Source of the DNA: an uncultured Alphaproteobacteria bacterium
GTDB taxonomy: Bacteria; Pseudomonadota; Alphaproteobacteria; RF32; CAG-239
Direction of reading: 5' to 3'
NCBI GenBank assembly: GCA_944391705.1
Contig: CALXUN010000004.1
Coordinates: 13,126-77,125 of the forward strand
Length of the DNA: 64,000 nt
The notes under the pieces are model-generated. The model was not told where the DNA came from, made no database searches, and saw only the letters and a list, made by a program, of their open reading frames with translations. The translations under genes and the position numbers were made by a program. Position 1 is the first letter of the stretch, and each line of letters begins with the position of its first letter. Shown in pieces: positions 18,811 through 27,765 of this stretch.

Positions 18811-19046
18811 TTAATTTACCATAACTTTACAATAATTTTCTAAACCGTGCAAGAAGTCTCCGACTTCTTGTCTTGCTCCGTAAGCCTCGCTTTGTCATGC
18901 TCGGCAACTTCGCTTCGGTCACGCCTTTACAACAATTTCTGTTTTTCTATATATCTGCTGTTTAAAAATTGCAAGAAAAATCTGCCACATACACAAAGGT
19001 AAAATTTAAACTTGACATATACGCATACCTGGTATATGTATAAAAT

Positions 19047-19063
19047 ATACCCGCGTGGGGTAT
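19047..19063 (+). promoter_or_regulatory. CsoR-family-type operator-like palindrome ATACCCgcgtGGGGTAT overlapping the promoter of the Cys-rich ORF
   Basis: Perfect 6-bp arms around a GC core, immediately downstream of a -35 TTGACA (19012..19017) and a TATAAAAT -10-like element (19039..19046). Confidence 0.45.
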
Positions 19064-19085
19064 GCTTAAATAAGGAGAAAAACAA

Positions 19086-19253
19086 ATGAGTAAATGCAAC
19101 AATCCGAATTGTCATTGTGAAAACTGCCAATGCGGTGATAATTGTCAATGCGGCAAAGAGTGCCGTTGCGGCGAAAATTGCACCTGTGGTGAAAATTGCC
19201 AATGCACCAAGGACAATAAATGTAATCCTGATTGCAACTGTGATAAAAAATAG
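19086..19253 (+). CDS. Cys-rich metallothionein-like peptide (55 aa, 16 Cys; MSKCNNPNCHCENCQCGDNCQCGKECRCGENCTCGENCQCTKDNKCNPDCNCDKK)
   Basis: Hand-translated; AAGGAG RBS 8 nt upstream of the ATG, repeated C-x-C-G-x-N-C motifs, TAG stop at 19251. Below the 60-aa cutoff of the ORF track. Confidence 0.6.
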   Translation: MSKCNNPNCHCENCQCGDNCQCGKECRCGENCTCGENCQCTKDNKCNPDCNCDKK

Positions 19254-19255
19254 CT

Positions 19256-19292
19256 AAAATTCATTCCGGGCAGATTCGCGCTGCCCGGAATA
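19256..19292 (+). other. Hairpin between the Cys-rich ORF and the csoR-like gene (attccgggcag...ctgcccggaat), no T-run
   Basis: 11-bp perfect stem seen in sequence; could attenuate transcription or be a second operator. Confidence 0.4.
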
Positions 19293-19312
19293 TCAACTGC
19301 AAAGGAACAGTC

Positions 19313-19588
19313 ATGGAAAATCATAACCCGAGCCACCTGGAAAATATACCGCGTTTAAACCGCATTGCCGGACAAATTGAAGGTATCAAAAAAATGATTG
19401 AGGAATGCCGTTACTGCCCGGAAATCATCAGTCAGCTTCGTGCCGTACGTTCGGCCGTCAAAGCCGTAGAATCAAATATTTTGCAAAAACACCTGCAGCA
19501 TTGTGTTGCTCAATCATTTGAAAATCCTGCCGAACGTGATAAAAAAATTGAAGAACTGAAAGCTCTCTTTGATCGTTTTGACGGCTAA
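19313..19588 (+). CDS. csoR: CsoR/RcnR-family (DUF156) metal-sensing transcriptional repressor, Cu(I)-type x-C-H-C site
   Basis: 91 aa with RYCxEI and HLxHC motifs; C35/H60/C64 align to the Cu(I) ligands C36/H61/C65 of characterized CsoR. Confidence 0.8.
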   Translation: MENHNPSHLENIPRLNRIAGQIEGIKKMIEECRYCPEIISQLRAVRSAVKAVESNILQKHLQHCVAQSFENPAERDKKIEELKALFDRFDG

Positions 19589-19659
19589 AAACAAAATGCC
19601 GGCTTTCTCGGTACAATAACTTAACGGCACTCAACAAACATTTTACGGACAAACGGACT

Positions 19660-22017
19660 ATGGCAACTTTAGACGAATTGCCGCGCGGCAAAACAGCAAC
19701 AATCACAACGGTTTTGGGAAAAAAAGATTCTTTAAGGCGGCACCTGCTTGAAATGGGACTTATTCCCGGCACGGACGTAACTTTGGTTAAAACCGCACCG
19801 CTCGGCGATCCGCTGGAACTTAAAGTCCGCGGTTATGAACTAACTTTGCGTAAAGCCGATGCTAAAAACATTGTCATTAAAGACATCAGAAAAATTTCCG
19901 CCTGCCCGGTTGAAATTCCCGCGCAAAAAAAGGACATATTCACGCGCAAAGGCGAAAAAAATGCTCTAAATCTGAAGACCGCCGGTGAAATTATTCCGGA
20001 AGGAGCACCGCTTAATTTTGCCTTGGTTGGTAATCAAAATTGCGGTAAAACCACCCTGTTTAACCAGTTAACCGGCTCCAACCAGCACGTCGGCAACTTT
20101 CCAGGTGTTACCGTCGACCGGACGGACGGGCAAATCCGCGGTTTAAACAACGTATCCGTAACCGATTTGCCGGGCATATATTCGCTTTCGCCTTATTCTA
20201 AGGAAGAACTTGTCACACGCGACTTTTTGCTCAAAAACCACCCGGATGCCATCATAAACATTGTTGATGCCTCAAACATTGAGCGCAATTTGTTTTTAAC
20301 GCTCCAGCTGCTGGATTTGCGCATCCCAATGGTCATTGCCTTAAACATGATGGATGAAATCAAAAAAAACGGCGCCTCGATTGATATCAACCGTTTGGAA
20401 CAGACCTTAGGCGTTCCGGTCATTCCGATTTCTGCCTTAAAAAACGAAGGCGTCAATGAATTGATTGAACACGCACTCAATGTAGCCCGCTACCGCGAAA
20501 TCCCGGATAAAGTTGATTTCTGCCTCTGCGGCGGCAAAGACGACGGCGCCGTCCACCGTGCGATTCACGCAATCTCCCACTTAATTGAAAACGACACCGC
20601 TAAAGCGGGAATCCCTTTGCGTTTTGCGGCATCAAAACTGGCTGAAGGCGATGAACCGATATTAAAATCTTTAAAAATCGATGCTGATCATGCTAAAATT
20701 CTGGAAAATATCACTAACCAAATGGAACAGGATTCGCATCTTGACCGCGAAGCGGCCGTTGCCGATATGCGCTTTTCGTTTATTGACAGGCTTTGCGCCG
20801 AATGTGTGTTCAAACCGGTTTTAAGCAAAGAACGTGCCCGGAGCGAAAAGTTGGACCGCATCTTAACCGGAAAATACACAGCGTTGCCGGTCTTTTTAAG
20901 CCTGATGGCCCTGATTTTTTACCTTTCATTCGGCCCGTTCGGTACTTATTTTTCGGATTTGATTGAAAACCTGATTGCTGCCTTAGGTAATATGGTCGGA
21001 ACCGGACTTGATGTTTATGGCATGAATCCGATCGTTAAATCATTTATCATTGACGGCGTATTCGCCGGCGTCGGCAGCGTGTTAAGTTTTCTGCCGGTTA
21101 TTGTTTTGTTGTTTTTCTTCCTCTCCCTTTTGGAAGACAGCGGCTATATGGCGCGCGTTGCTTTTTTTATGGATAAACTGTTACGCAAAGTCGGTTTATC
21201 CGGGCGCAGCTTTGTCCCGATGCTGATTGGCTTTGGCTGTTCGGTACCGGCCATCATGGCCGCCCGCACCCTTCCGTCCGAACGCGATCGTAAAATGACA
21301 ATTATGCTTACTCCTTTTATGAGCTGTACTGCCAAACTGCCGATTTATGTTTTACTGACTGCCGCCTTTTTCGAAACCCGTCAGACTCTTGTTATTATCA
21401 GCCTTTATATGTTGGGAATTCTGATTGGTTTAATATTGGCCTTCATGTTTAAATCCACCTTATTTAAAGGCGAGGCTGTGCCTTTTGTCATGGAATTGCC
21501 GAACTACCGTCTGCCGGGCTTAAAAAATGTCTGGCGGTTGATTTATTACAAAGCCAAATATTTTATTACCAAAGCTTTCACCATCATCTTTGTGGCAACA
21601 ATCATTATCTGGTTTTTAAGTACATTTGACAGCAGGCTGAACCCGGTATCCGATTCTTCTGCAAGTATCTTAAGTGCCGTCGGCAGCCTGATAACGCCGA
21701 TTTTTGCCCCGCTCGGCATTAATGACTGGCGCTTATCCACCGCATTTTTAAGCGGTTTTGCCGCCAAAGAAAGCGTCGTCAGCACTTTGGGCGTCCTGCT
21801 TGAAGGAAACATCGACTTGCTGCCGCAGCTGTTAACACCGTTAAGCGCTTATGCCTTTTTGGTTTTTTCACTCCTTTACACACCATGTGTTGCAGCTGTT
21901 GCCACCGTTAAAAAAGAACTCGGTTTGCGTTATGCATTATTTGTGGTTGGTTTACAATGCGCCATTGCCTGGATTGTTGCCTTTATAATTTATCAGACGG
22001 GACTGCTGATTTTTTAA
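19660..22017 (+). CDS. feoB: Ferrous iron transporter FeoA-FeoB fusion
   Basis: 785 aa; N-terminal FeoA SH3-like domain (~75 aa), then G-domain (GNQNCGKTTLFN) and the polytopic FeoB permease core. Confidence 0.9.
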   Translation: MATLDELPRGKTATITTVLGKKDSLRRHLLEMGLIPGTDVTLVKTAPLGDPLELKVRGYELTLRKADAKNIVIKDIRKISACPVEIPAQKKDIFTRKGEKNALNLKTAGEIIPEGAPLNFALVGNQNCGKTTLFNQLTGSNQHVGNFPGVTVDRTDGQIRGLNNVSVTDLPGIYSLSPYSKEELVTRDFLLKNHPDAIINIVDASNIERNLFLTLQLLDLRIPMVIALNMMDEIKKNGASIDINRLEQTLGVPVIPISALKNEGVNELIEHALNVARYREIPDKVDFCLCGGKDDGAVHRAIHAISHLIENDTAKAGIPLRFAASKLAEGDEPILKSLKIDADHAKILENITNQMEQDSHLDREAAVADMRFSFIDRLCAECVFKPVLSKERARSEKLDRILTGKYTALPVFLSLMALIFYLSFGPFGTYFSDLIENLIAALGNMVGTGLDVYGMNPIVKSFIIDGVFAGVGSVLSFLPVIVLLFFFLSLLEDSGYMARVAFFMDKLLRKVGLSGRSFVPMLIGFGCSVPAIMAARTLPSERDRKMTIMLTPFMSCTAKLPIYVLLTAAFFETRQTLVIISLYMLGILIGLILAFMFKSTLFKGEAVPFVMELPNYRLPGLKNVWRLIYYKAKYFITKAFTIIFVATIIIWFLSTFDSRLNPVSDSSASILSAVGSLITPIFAPLGINDWRLSTAFLSGFAAKESVVSTLGVLLEGNIDLLPQLLTPLSAYAFLVFSLLYTPCVAAVATVKKELGLRYALFVVGLQCAIAWIVAFIIYQTGLLIF

Positions 22018-22762
22018 ACTGACAGCCGGCATATTCTGCCAATATCGGAGAAAGGATTTCTGCCCATTCGGTACTTCCTTTTTCAATGTCGGCAAATTCA
22101 TCATCGCGGATTTCAATCAGCGCATAATCAAGTCCGTACATTTTGGCAAAATGAACAGCCGTTCCCGTATCATAACGCCTTAAATCATACGGTACGTTTT
22201 GAGCAACAACCTTATTTGTTTTCTGCTTCAGACTTGAAAACACAAATGAAGCCATAGGTTGCGGCCGGTGGAACAATATTCCGGCCTGCCACGGCCTGAA
22301 TGCGCCACCTTTCAATTGCGGGGTAAAACTATGAACTGAAAAAATGACCGGCTTGATTTGGCATGCGGTTAAAGCATCAAGTTGTTTTTCAACTGCCGCA
22401 TAATAGGGACGGTAATATTGCAAAATCCGCTTTTCTCTTTCTTCTGCCGACAGGTTCTGATTTCCCGGAATTAATGTTTGGTCGCTTTCTGCAACAATCA
22501 GTTCCTGCTCATCTTCATTCCGGTTCAAATCAATCAGCAACCTGGAATATTTTCCGGTAACGGCAAAACAGCCGAGCTTCTCAGCCAGCTTTCGCGTTAA
22601 CGCATAACACCCTTTATCCCGGGCAATATGCGTATCCAAAGACACGGCACTCAATCCGAGGTTGTCATATTCATAAGGAATATCAGCAGAGGCATGTTCA
22701 CAGGTCAAAATCAGCCGTTTTGTTGAATTTTCATTAAAAATCTCAAAAACATTATTTTCCAT
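21983..22762 (-). CDS. N-formylglutamate amidohydrolase (FGase) family protein
   Basis: LTCEHAS and LIDLNRN motifs typical of FGase-fold zinc amidohydrolases. GGAGG RBS; its ATG overlaps the last 4 codons of the upstream gene. The track ORF extends to 22828, but ATG 22762 is preferred. Confidence 0.55.
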   Translation of the reverse strand: MENNVFEIFNENSTKRLILTCEHASADIPYEYDNLGLSAVSLDTHIARDKGCYALTRKLAEKLGCFAVTGKYSRLLIDLNRNEDEQELIVAESDQTLIPGNQNLSAEEREKRILQYYRPYYAAVEKQLDALTACQIKPVIFSVHSFTPQLKGGAFRPWQAGILFHRPQPMASFVFSSLKQKTNKVVAQNVPYDLRRYDTGTAVHFAKMYGLDYALIEIRDDEFADIEKGSTEWAEILSPILAEYAGCQFKKSAVPSDKL

Positions 22763-24467
22763 ATCCTTTTGCCTCCACGATTTTCTTATTAAAAGCTGCA
22801 TTAACATACGCAACTTTACCGGTTTCATTTAAAGCGTGCATAATCAGCCGCCAGTATTTCTGTTCTTGTTCAATAACATTTTTTGAAACCTGTCTTTCCC
22901 GCGGGTGAAAAGAATCATACTCATAGTCATAAGCATACGGCAAACGGTGTATAACGGTTTTAGTATCCGTCTGCCGGTTATTATGCCAGGAATATTTGTT
23001 TAGCAAAATCCGGTTAACATGCACGGGACTGTTCTCTGCTGCAGAACGGACAAACTCACGGTTAAACTCCAGAAAGGCTTTCACAAATTTTTTATTGAAA
23101 TTGGCATTCATAAAACGCATCTCAACCGTATGTTCCGGCATAATATTTAAGGTTTTATACTTGTGTCCGAAAGAAGCAAACTCCTGAAGCTGACGTTTAT
23201 CGTCGCACAAATCAACCATCAGGCACAAAAAAGGATAATCGCCCCGGCCGTCCCGGCTCAAATTCCGACTGATATAAGTAGCATAAAGCAACTTATTGTC
23301 CCGCCGTTCCGGTGCGGCAAATGCCGAAACGATTTTTTCTTCATGCTGCATCATGCGTTTTACAAGCCTCTTATAAGCAGCCAAATCCAACCCGTCCGCC
23401 GCCAGATGCTGATGCAGGGAACAATGAACATTAACATGGCCTTCATTAAATGCATCAAGAATTTTCAGACAAGATTCCTCATCTTCTTTATTTTTCATGA
23501 TACGGCTGGCATATTCAACCGCTGCTAATTTATTATACCGGACCAGACTTTCATCACGCATAATTACACCGGCAGAATTTTCATCGTGATAAACTGAGGC
23601 ATCTTTATTGCTTGAATAAAGTTTCGACCACTCATTTTGACTTTTCAAATATCCAATCAGCCGGTCATAATCCCGGTATTTTTCCGGAACATAAAACTCC
23701 AACTCAAAACCGCACGGCCAATACTTTTGTTCAACCACTGTCCCCGGTGTTTCAATTTGAAACATATTCCGCCACGCTTCATTCGTTTCTGAAATGTTTG
23801 CAAATTCTGTTTTAAGGCGTCCTTTTAAATCTAAAAGTTTTTGCATGGTTTGCCGGCGGAAATTAAAGTCATATTCATCATGATAGCAATATTTGCCGGC
23901 CAGAGTTTTGCGTAAAAACACATCCGCTGCATACGCTGCCCGGACGGAAACATCACCCTCGGACGTCAGAGAAGCATAATTCTTATCCAAAAACGACAAC
24001 ATATCTGCCGCAACCATCATACCGTATTGTGCAGAATATGGCATATTGGGTTTAACCGGCCAGCCCCTGAAAGCATTGTCATGATCTTCCCGGTCAGCAA
24101 AATTATACATAAATTGCCGAAACTCAAATCCAAAAGTTTCCATACCATCAATCAACTCGGAAAGCTCACCGGTTTTATCTTTGGAAAAATCCGAATTTTT
24201 TAAAACACTTAATTGCGGCTTGTCCGCATTGTAAATTTTGATGCGGGCACGCATATCTTTAACAAATTCATGAAATTTTTTTGCACCCTGCGGCCCGTAA
24301 TATTTATCAAAATAAGCAACCAGCCCGGAAAACGGGGAAAGCATGTTGTCAACATGCCAGTCATAATAGAACTGTTTGAATTTTTTACCGCCGATTACTG
24401 CAAAATAATCCGAAAAGACGTTTTTTACTTCTTGTACCGTATGATTTATATTATTATCCTGTTTCAT
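22752..24467 (-). CDS. Large hypothetical protein (571 aa), possibly a glutamine-synthetase/GCS2-like carboxylate-amine ligase
   Basis: CDS is confident. Function is inferred only from GFELEFYVPE (two Glu on a strand), HCSLHQH and EMRFM motifs reminiscent of the GS/GCS2 fold, and from coupling to an FGase-family gene. Confidence 0.4.
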   Translation of the reverse strand: MKQDNNINHTVQEVKNVFSDYFAVIGGKKFKQFYYDWHVDNMLSPFSGLVAYFDKYYGPQGAKKFHEFVKDMRARIKIYNADKPQLSVLKNSDFSKDKTGELSELIDGMETFGFEFRQFMYNFADREDHDNAFRGWPVKPNMPYSAQYGMMVAADMLSFLDKNYASLTSEGDVSVRAAYAADVFLRKTLAGKYCYHDEYDFNFRRQTMQKLLDLKGRLKTEFANISETNEAWRNMFQIETPGTVVEQKYWPCGFELEFYVPEKYRDYDRLIGYLKSQNEWSKLYSSNKDASVYHDENSAGVIMRDESLVRYNKLAAVEYASRIMKNKEDEESCLKILDAFNEGHVNVHCSLHQHLAADGLDLAAYKRLVKRMMQHEEKIVSAFAAPERRDNKLLYATYISRNLSRDGRGDYPFLCLMVDLCDDKRQLQEFASFGHKYKTLNIMPEHTVEMRFMNANFNKKFVKAFLEFNREFVRSAAENSPVHVNRILLNKYSWHNNRQTDTKTVIHRLPYAYDYEYDSFHPRERQVSKNVIEQEQKYWRLIMHALNETGKVAYVNAAFNKKIVEAKGYGK

Positions 24468-24756
24468 ATCATCCTCTTAAAACCAAAAAACACAAACTTA
24501 AAGTGTGTGGCGTTTTCCCCCCTGAACGCCCACACTTTAAAAACACATGGATGGAAACGCTCAGAGGCTGGTAATCAAGAACAGAATATTAATAAGGATA
24601 AAAGAAATCAGGCATGCCAAAATACGGCCTGAAAACAAGGCCTTAAAAAGAAATGAAGTATTTTGACACACGTTAATCATAACAATCCTGATATCAACAA
24701 CACTTTTATTAAAATAACAGAAAAAAAAACAGAATACAAGATTTTTTTTTATTTTT

Positions 24757-25563
24757 TTAATACCAACCGAATAAAGATTGACCACCGTCAAGCACCCGGA
24801 TTTTTTCCATATCCTCCGCATCCAGCTGAAAATCGAAAATATCTATGTTTTCTTTTATCCGTTTTGCACTGGAAGATTTTGGAATGGCAGGAATACCGTT
24901 TTGTACCAAAAACTTCAGAGCAATCTGCGCCGCACTTTTACCGTACTTGCTCCCGACCGTCCTCAAAATATCATTATGAAAAATATCTTTTTTTCCTGCC
25001 GCAAACGGACTCCAGGCTTCCATAACCGTGCCGGATTGAAGCAAACGGTTTTTAAATTCAGACCGTTGATAAAAAACATGGGCTTCTACCTGGTTTACAA
25101 CCGGAATAATCCGACAGCCTTTCTTAAAATTAAAATAAAAGTCCGGATTAAAGTTTGAAACACCGATGGCCTTGATAACCCCTTGATTATAAGCTTCCTC
25201 CAAAGCCCTATACATCTCTCCGGCTTCCCGGTACGGTTCATGAATAAGCATCAAATCAAGATAATCCAGCCCCAGTCGCTCCAATGAATTTTCCACCGCT
25301 TTTTTTGCGCCGGCATAAGAATTATCCGGCGCACAAATTTTAGATGTAACAAAAATTTCCTGCCGGGACACACCGCTAAGGACAAGTGCTTTGCCGACTT
25401 CTTCTTCATTGCCGTACATCCGCGCCGTATCAATCAAACGATAACCACACTCCAGCGCCGATAACACGCATTCCACACATTGACGGCCGCGCAAATCCCA
25501 TGTACCCAGACCTAAAACCGGCATTAAAACTCCGTTATTAAGCGTTACATATTCCATTTTCAC
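24757..25563 (-). CDS. Aldo/keto reductase
   Basis: 268 aa AKR fold with LGTWxL, DTAxxYGNE and IGVSNF motifs. Confidence 0.85.
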   Translation of the reverse strand: MKMEYVTLNNGVLMPVLGLGTWDLRGRQCVECVLSALECGYRLIDTARMYGNEEEVGKALVLSGVSRQEIFVTSKICAPDNSYAGAKKAVENSLERLGLDYLDLMLIHEPYREAGEMYRALEEAYNQGVIKAIGVSNFNPDFYFNFKKGCRIIPVVNQVEAHVFYQRSEFKNRLLQSGTVMEAWSPFAAGKKDIFHNDILRTVGSKYGKSAAQIALKFLVQNGIPAIPKSSSAKRIKENIDIFDFQLDAEDMEKIRVLDGGQSLFGWY

Positions 25564-25623
25564 CCGTATATATGTTAAAAGCGGCCGCTTATATCTTAAA
25601 CAGCCGCCTGCCTGCCATAAAAA

Positions 25624-26679
25624 TTATTTTAAATAAGTCCTGAAAAAACTCTCGATTTTATCAAACGGAATTTTATCCGTCTGATCATACAAATCCACAT
25701 GGTTGGCATCAGGAACAATCAAAAGTTCTTTATTATCACCTTTGAGTTTTTTGAATGCGTCCTCACTAAAATAACGACTGTGCGCATTTTCACCATGAAT
25801 TATGAGCACCGCATTTTCTATTTCGCTGCTGTAAGCCAAAATCGGCATATTGAGCAAAGACAAAGAAGATGTCACATTCCAATTACCGTTAGAGTTAATG
25901 GAACGCTTATGAAAACCGCGCGGTGTTTTATAATATCCCCAATAATCTTTCACAAACTGCGGTTCATCGCCGGTTAATTTTTCGGGCAGACCGGGTGCTT
26001 TGGCATAAACACCGTTTTTAAAATCCTCGGTGCGTTGTGCGTTTAATTGTTTTCTTAAATCCTGCCGGCCTTTGGCATCTAAGGCATCAAAATAACCGTT
26101 AGCCGTAACCCGGGTCATGTCATACATGGTCGAGGTTACCGTTGCTTTAATACGCGTATCGATTGCCGCCGCATTTAACCCGAAACCGCCAAAACCGCAA
26201 ATACCGATTATGCCGATTTTATCCGCATCCACCTCCGGCTGTGTGCTTAAAAAATCAACAGCGGCACTGAAATCTTCCGTATTAATGTCCGGTGAAGCCA
26301 CATCCCGCGGCTCGCCGCCGCTCTCACCGGTATAAGACGGGTCAAAGGCCAGAGCAATAAAACCGCGTTCGGCCAAAGTTTGGGCATACAACCCGGAAGC
26401 CTGCTCTTTTACGGCGCCGAACGGTCCGGAAACAGCGATAGCCGGAAGCTTTTCACCACTCATGTTTTTGGGCATATATAAATCCCCGGCAAGCGTTATA
26501 CCGTAACGGTTTTTAAAATGCACTTTTTTAACATCGGCTTTATCGCTTTTAGCAAAAACCTTATCCCAGGTACCCGTTTGTATATTCATTGTATCATCTC
26601 CCCTTACTGTTGAAGTTAAAATAGACACGCAAAACATGGCTGACAATATTATTTTAGCAAAATAAAACTTATGTTGCAT
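25624..26679 (-). CDS. Secreted alpha/beta hydrolase (dienelactone hydrolase/X-Pro peptidase-like)
   Basis: Signal peptide begins at the ATG 26679 (AAGGGGGA RBS). GICGFGG nucleophile elbow. The track ORF begins earlier, at 26733. Confidence 0.7.
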   Translation of the reverse strand: MQHKFYFAKIILSAMFCVSILTSTVRGDDTMNIQTGTWDKVFAKSDKADVKKVHFKNRYGITLAGDLYMPKNMSGEKLPAIAVSGPFGAVKEQASGLYAQTLAERGFIALAFDPSYTGESGGEPRDVASPDINTEDFSAAVDFLSTQPEVDADKIGIIGICGFGGFGLNAAAIDTRIKATVTSTMYDMTRVTANGYFDALDAKGRQDLRKQLNAQRTEDFKNGVYAKAPGLPEKLTGDEPQFVKDYWGYYKTPRGFHKRSINSNGNWNVTSSLSLLNMPILAYSSEIENAVLIIHGENAHSRYFSEDAFKKLKGDNKELLIVPDANHVDLYDQTDKIPFDKIESFFRTYLK

Positions 26680-26817
26680 GATTTTCCCCCTTCTGTTTTT
26701 ATTAAACTTAACCTCGTTTTTCAAAAATAGCAAATACTTATATCTTATAGAAAGATATGTTTGACAAGCATATCAATAAAACATTATATTTACTTGTAAA
26801 ATAAGGAGATGATAAAA

Positions 26818-27708
26818 ATGGAATTAAGAGTCCTGCGCTATTTTCTTTCCGTTGCCCGCGAAGGCAGCATGACAGGGGCCGCCGCCGCTTTAAATATAAC
26901 CCAGCCGACCCTTTCCCGCCAAATAAAAGATTTGGAAACCGAACTTGGACGGCAGCTGTTTATCCGCAGCAGCCACAGCATGTCATTAACAGCCGACGGC
27001 ATGGCTCTGCGCCGGCGTGCCGAAGAAATTATAGATATGGTTAACATGGCCAAAACCGAACTCAGTTCCAAAAATGAAAACATTGCCGGCGACATTTACA
27101 TCGGCGGCGGTGAAACCGACGGCATGAGCCTGATAGCAGACGTCATAAGCCGTTTGCAAAAAAAATTTCCGGCAATCCGCTGCCATTTATACAGCGGCAA
27201 CGCCGAAGACGTTACCGAACGCCTGGATAAAGGGCTCTTGGATTTCGGCATCCTCATTGAACCGACAAACCTGTCAAAATATGATTATCTGACACTTCCT
27301 GCCAAAGATATCTGGGGACTTTTGATGCCAAAAGACCATCCGCTGACCCGGAAAGATTTTATTACGGCGGCAGATTTGGCCGATCTGCCCCTCATCTGCT
27401 CCCGCCAGATATTACAAAATAATACTGCCGGAAACGATATTTTCCGCAAATTCGGAACCGATATCAACAAACTTAACATTGTGGCCACTTATAATTTGAT
27501 TTTCAATGCCGCACTTTTAGTAAGCCGGGGTGTCGGCTGCGCTTTAACTTTGGATAAACTCGTCAAAGACGACAACTTCTGTTTTAAACCGCTTTATCCG
27601 CAGGTTTGTTCCGGATTAAATATTGTCTGGAAAAAATCCCGGACATTTTCAACACCGGCTGAATTTTTTTTGGAAATGCTCCAAAAAAAACTAAAAAAAA
27701 CTGTTTAA
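26818..27708 (+). CDS. LysR-family transcriptional regulator
   Basis: N-terminal HTH LRYFLxVAxxGSxTxAAxxLxxTQPTLSRQIKxLE. Divergent from the hydrolase/AKR pair. ATG 26818 is preferred for RBS spacing. Confidence 0.85.
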   Translation: MELRVLRYFLSVAREGSMTGAAAALNITQPTLSRQIKDLETELGRQLFIRSSHSMSLTADGMALRRRAEEIIDMVNMAKTELSSKNENIAGDIYIGGGETDGMSLIADVISRLQKKFPAIRCHLYSGNAEDVTERLDKGLLDFGILIEPTNLSKYDYLTLPAKDIWGLLMPKDHPLTRKDFITAADLADLPLICSRQILQNNTAGNDIFRKFGTDINKLNIVATYNLIFNAALLVSRGVGCALTLDKLVKDDNFCFKPLYPQVCSGLNIVWKKSRTFSTPAEFFLEMLQKKLKKTV

Positions 27709-27765
27709 TCAAATTTTAACATCAGCACTCTAGAATAAAATAAAATAATATCACCGGGATTATTC

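Noticed and set aside
21983-22017. 35-bp overlap of the convergent feoB and FGase genes as a regulatory antisense arrangement
   Set aside because: Short 3'-3' overlaps are common and carry no specific signal here.
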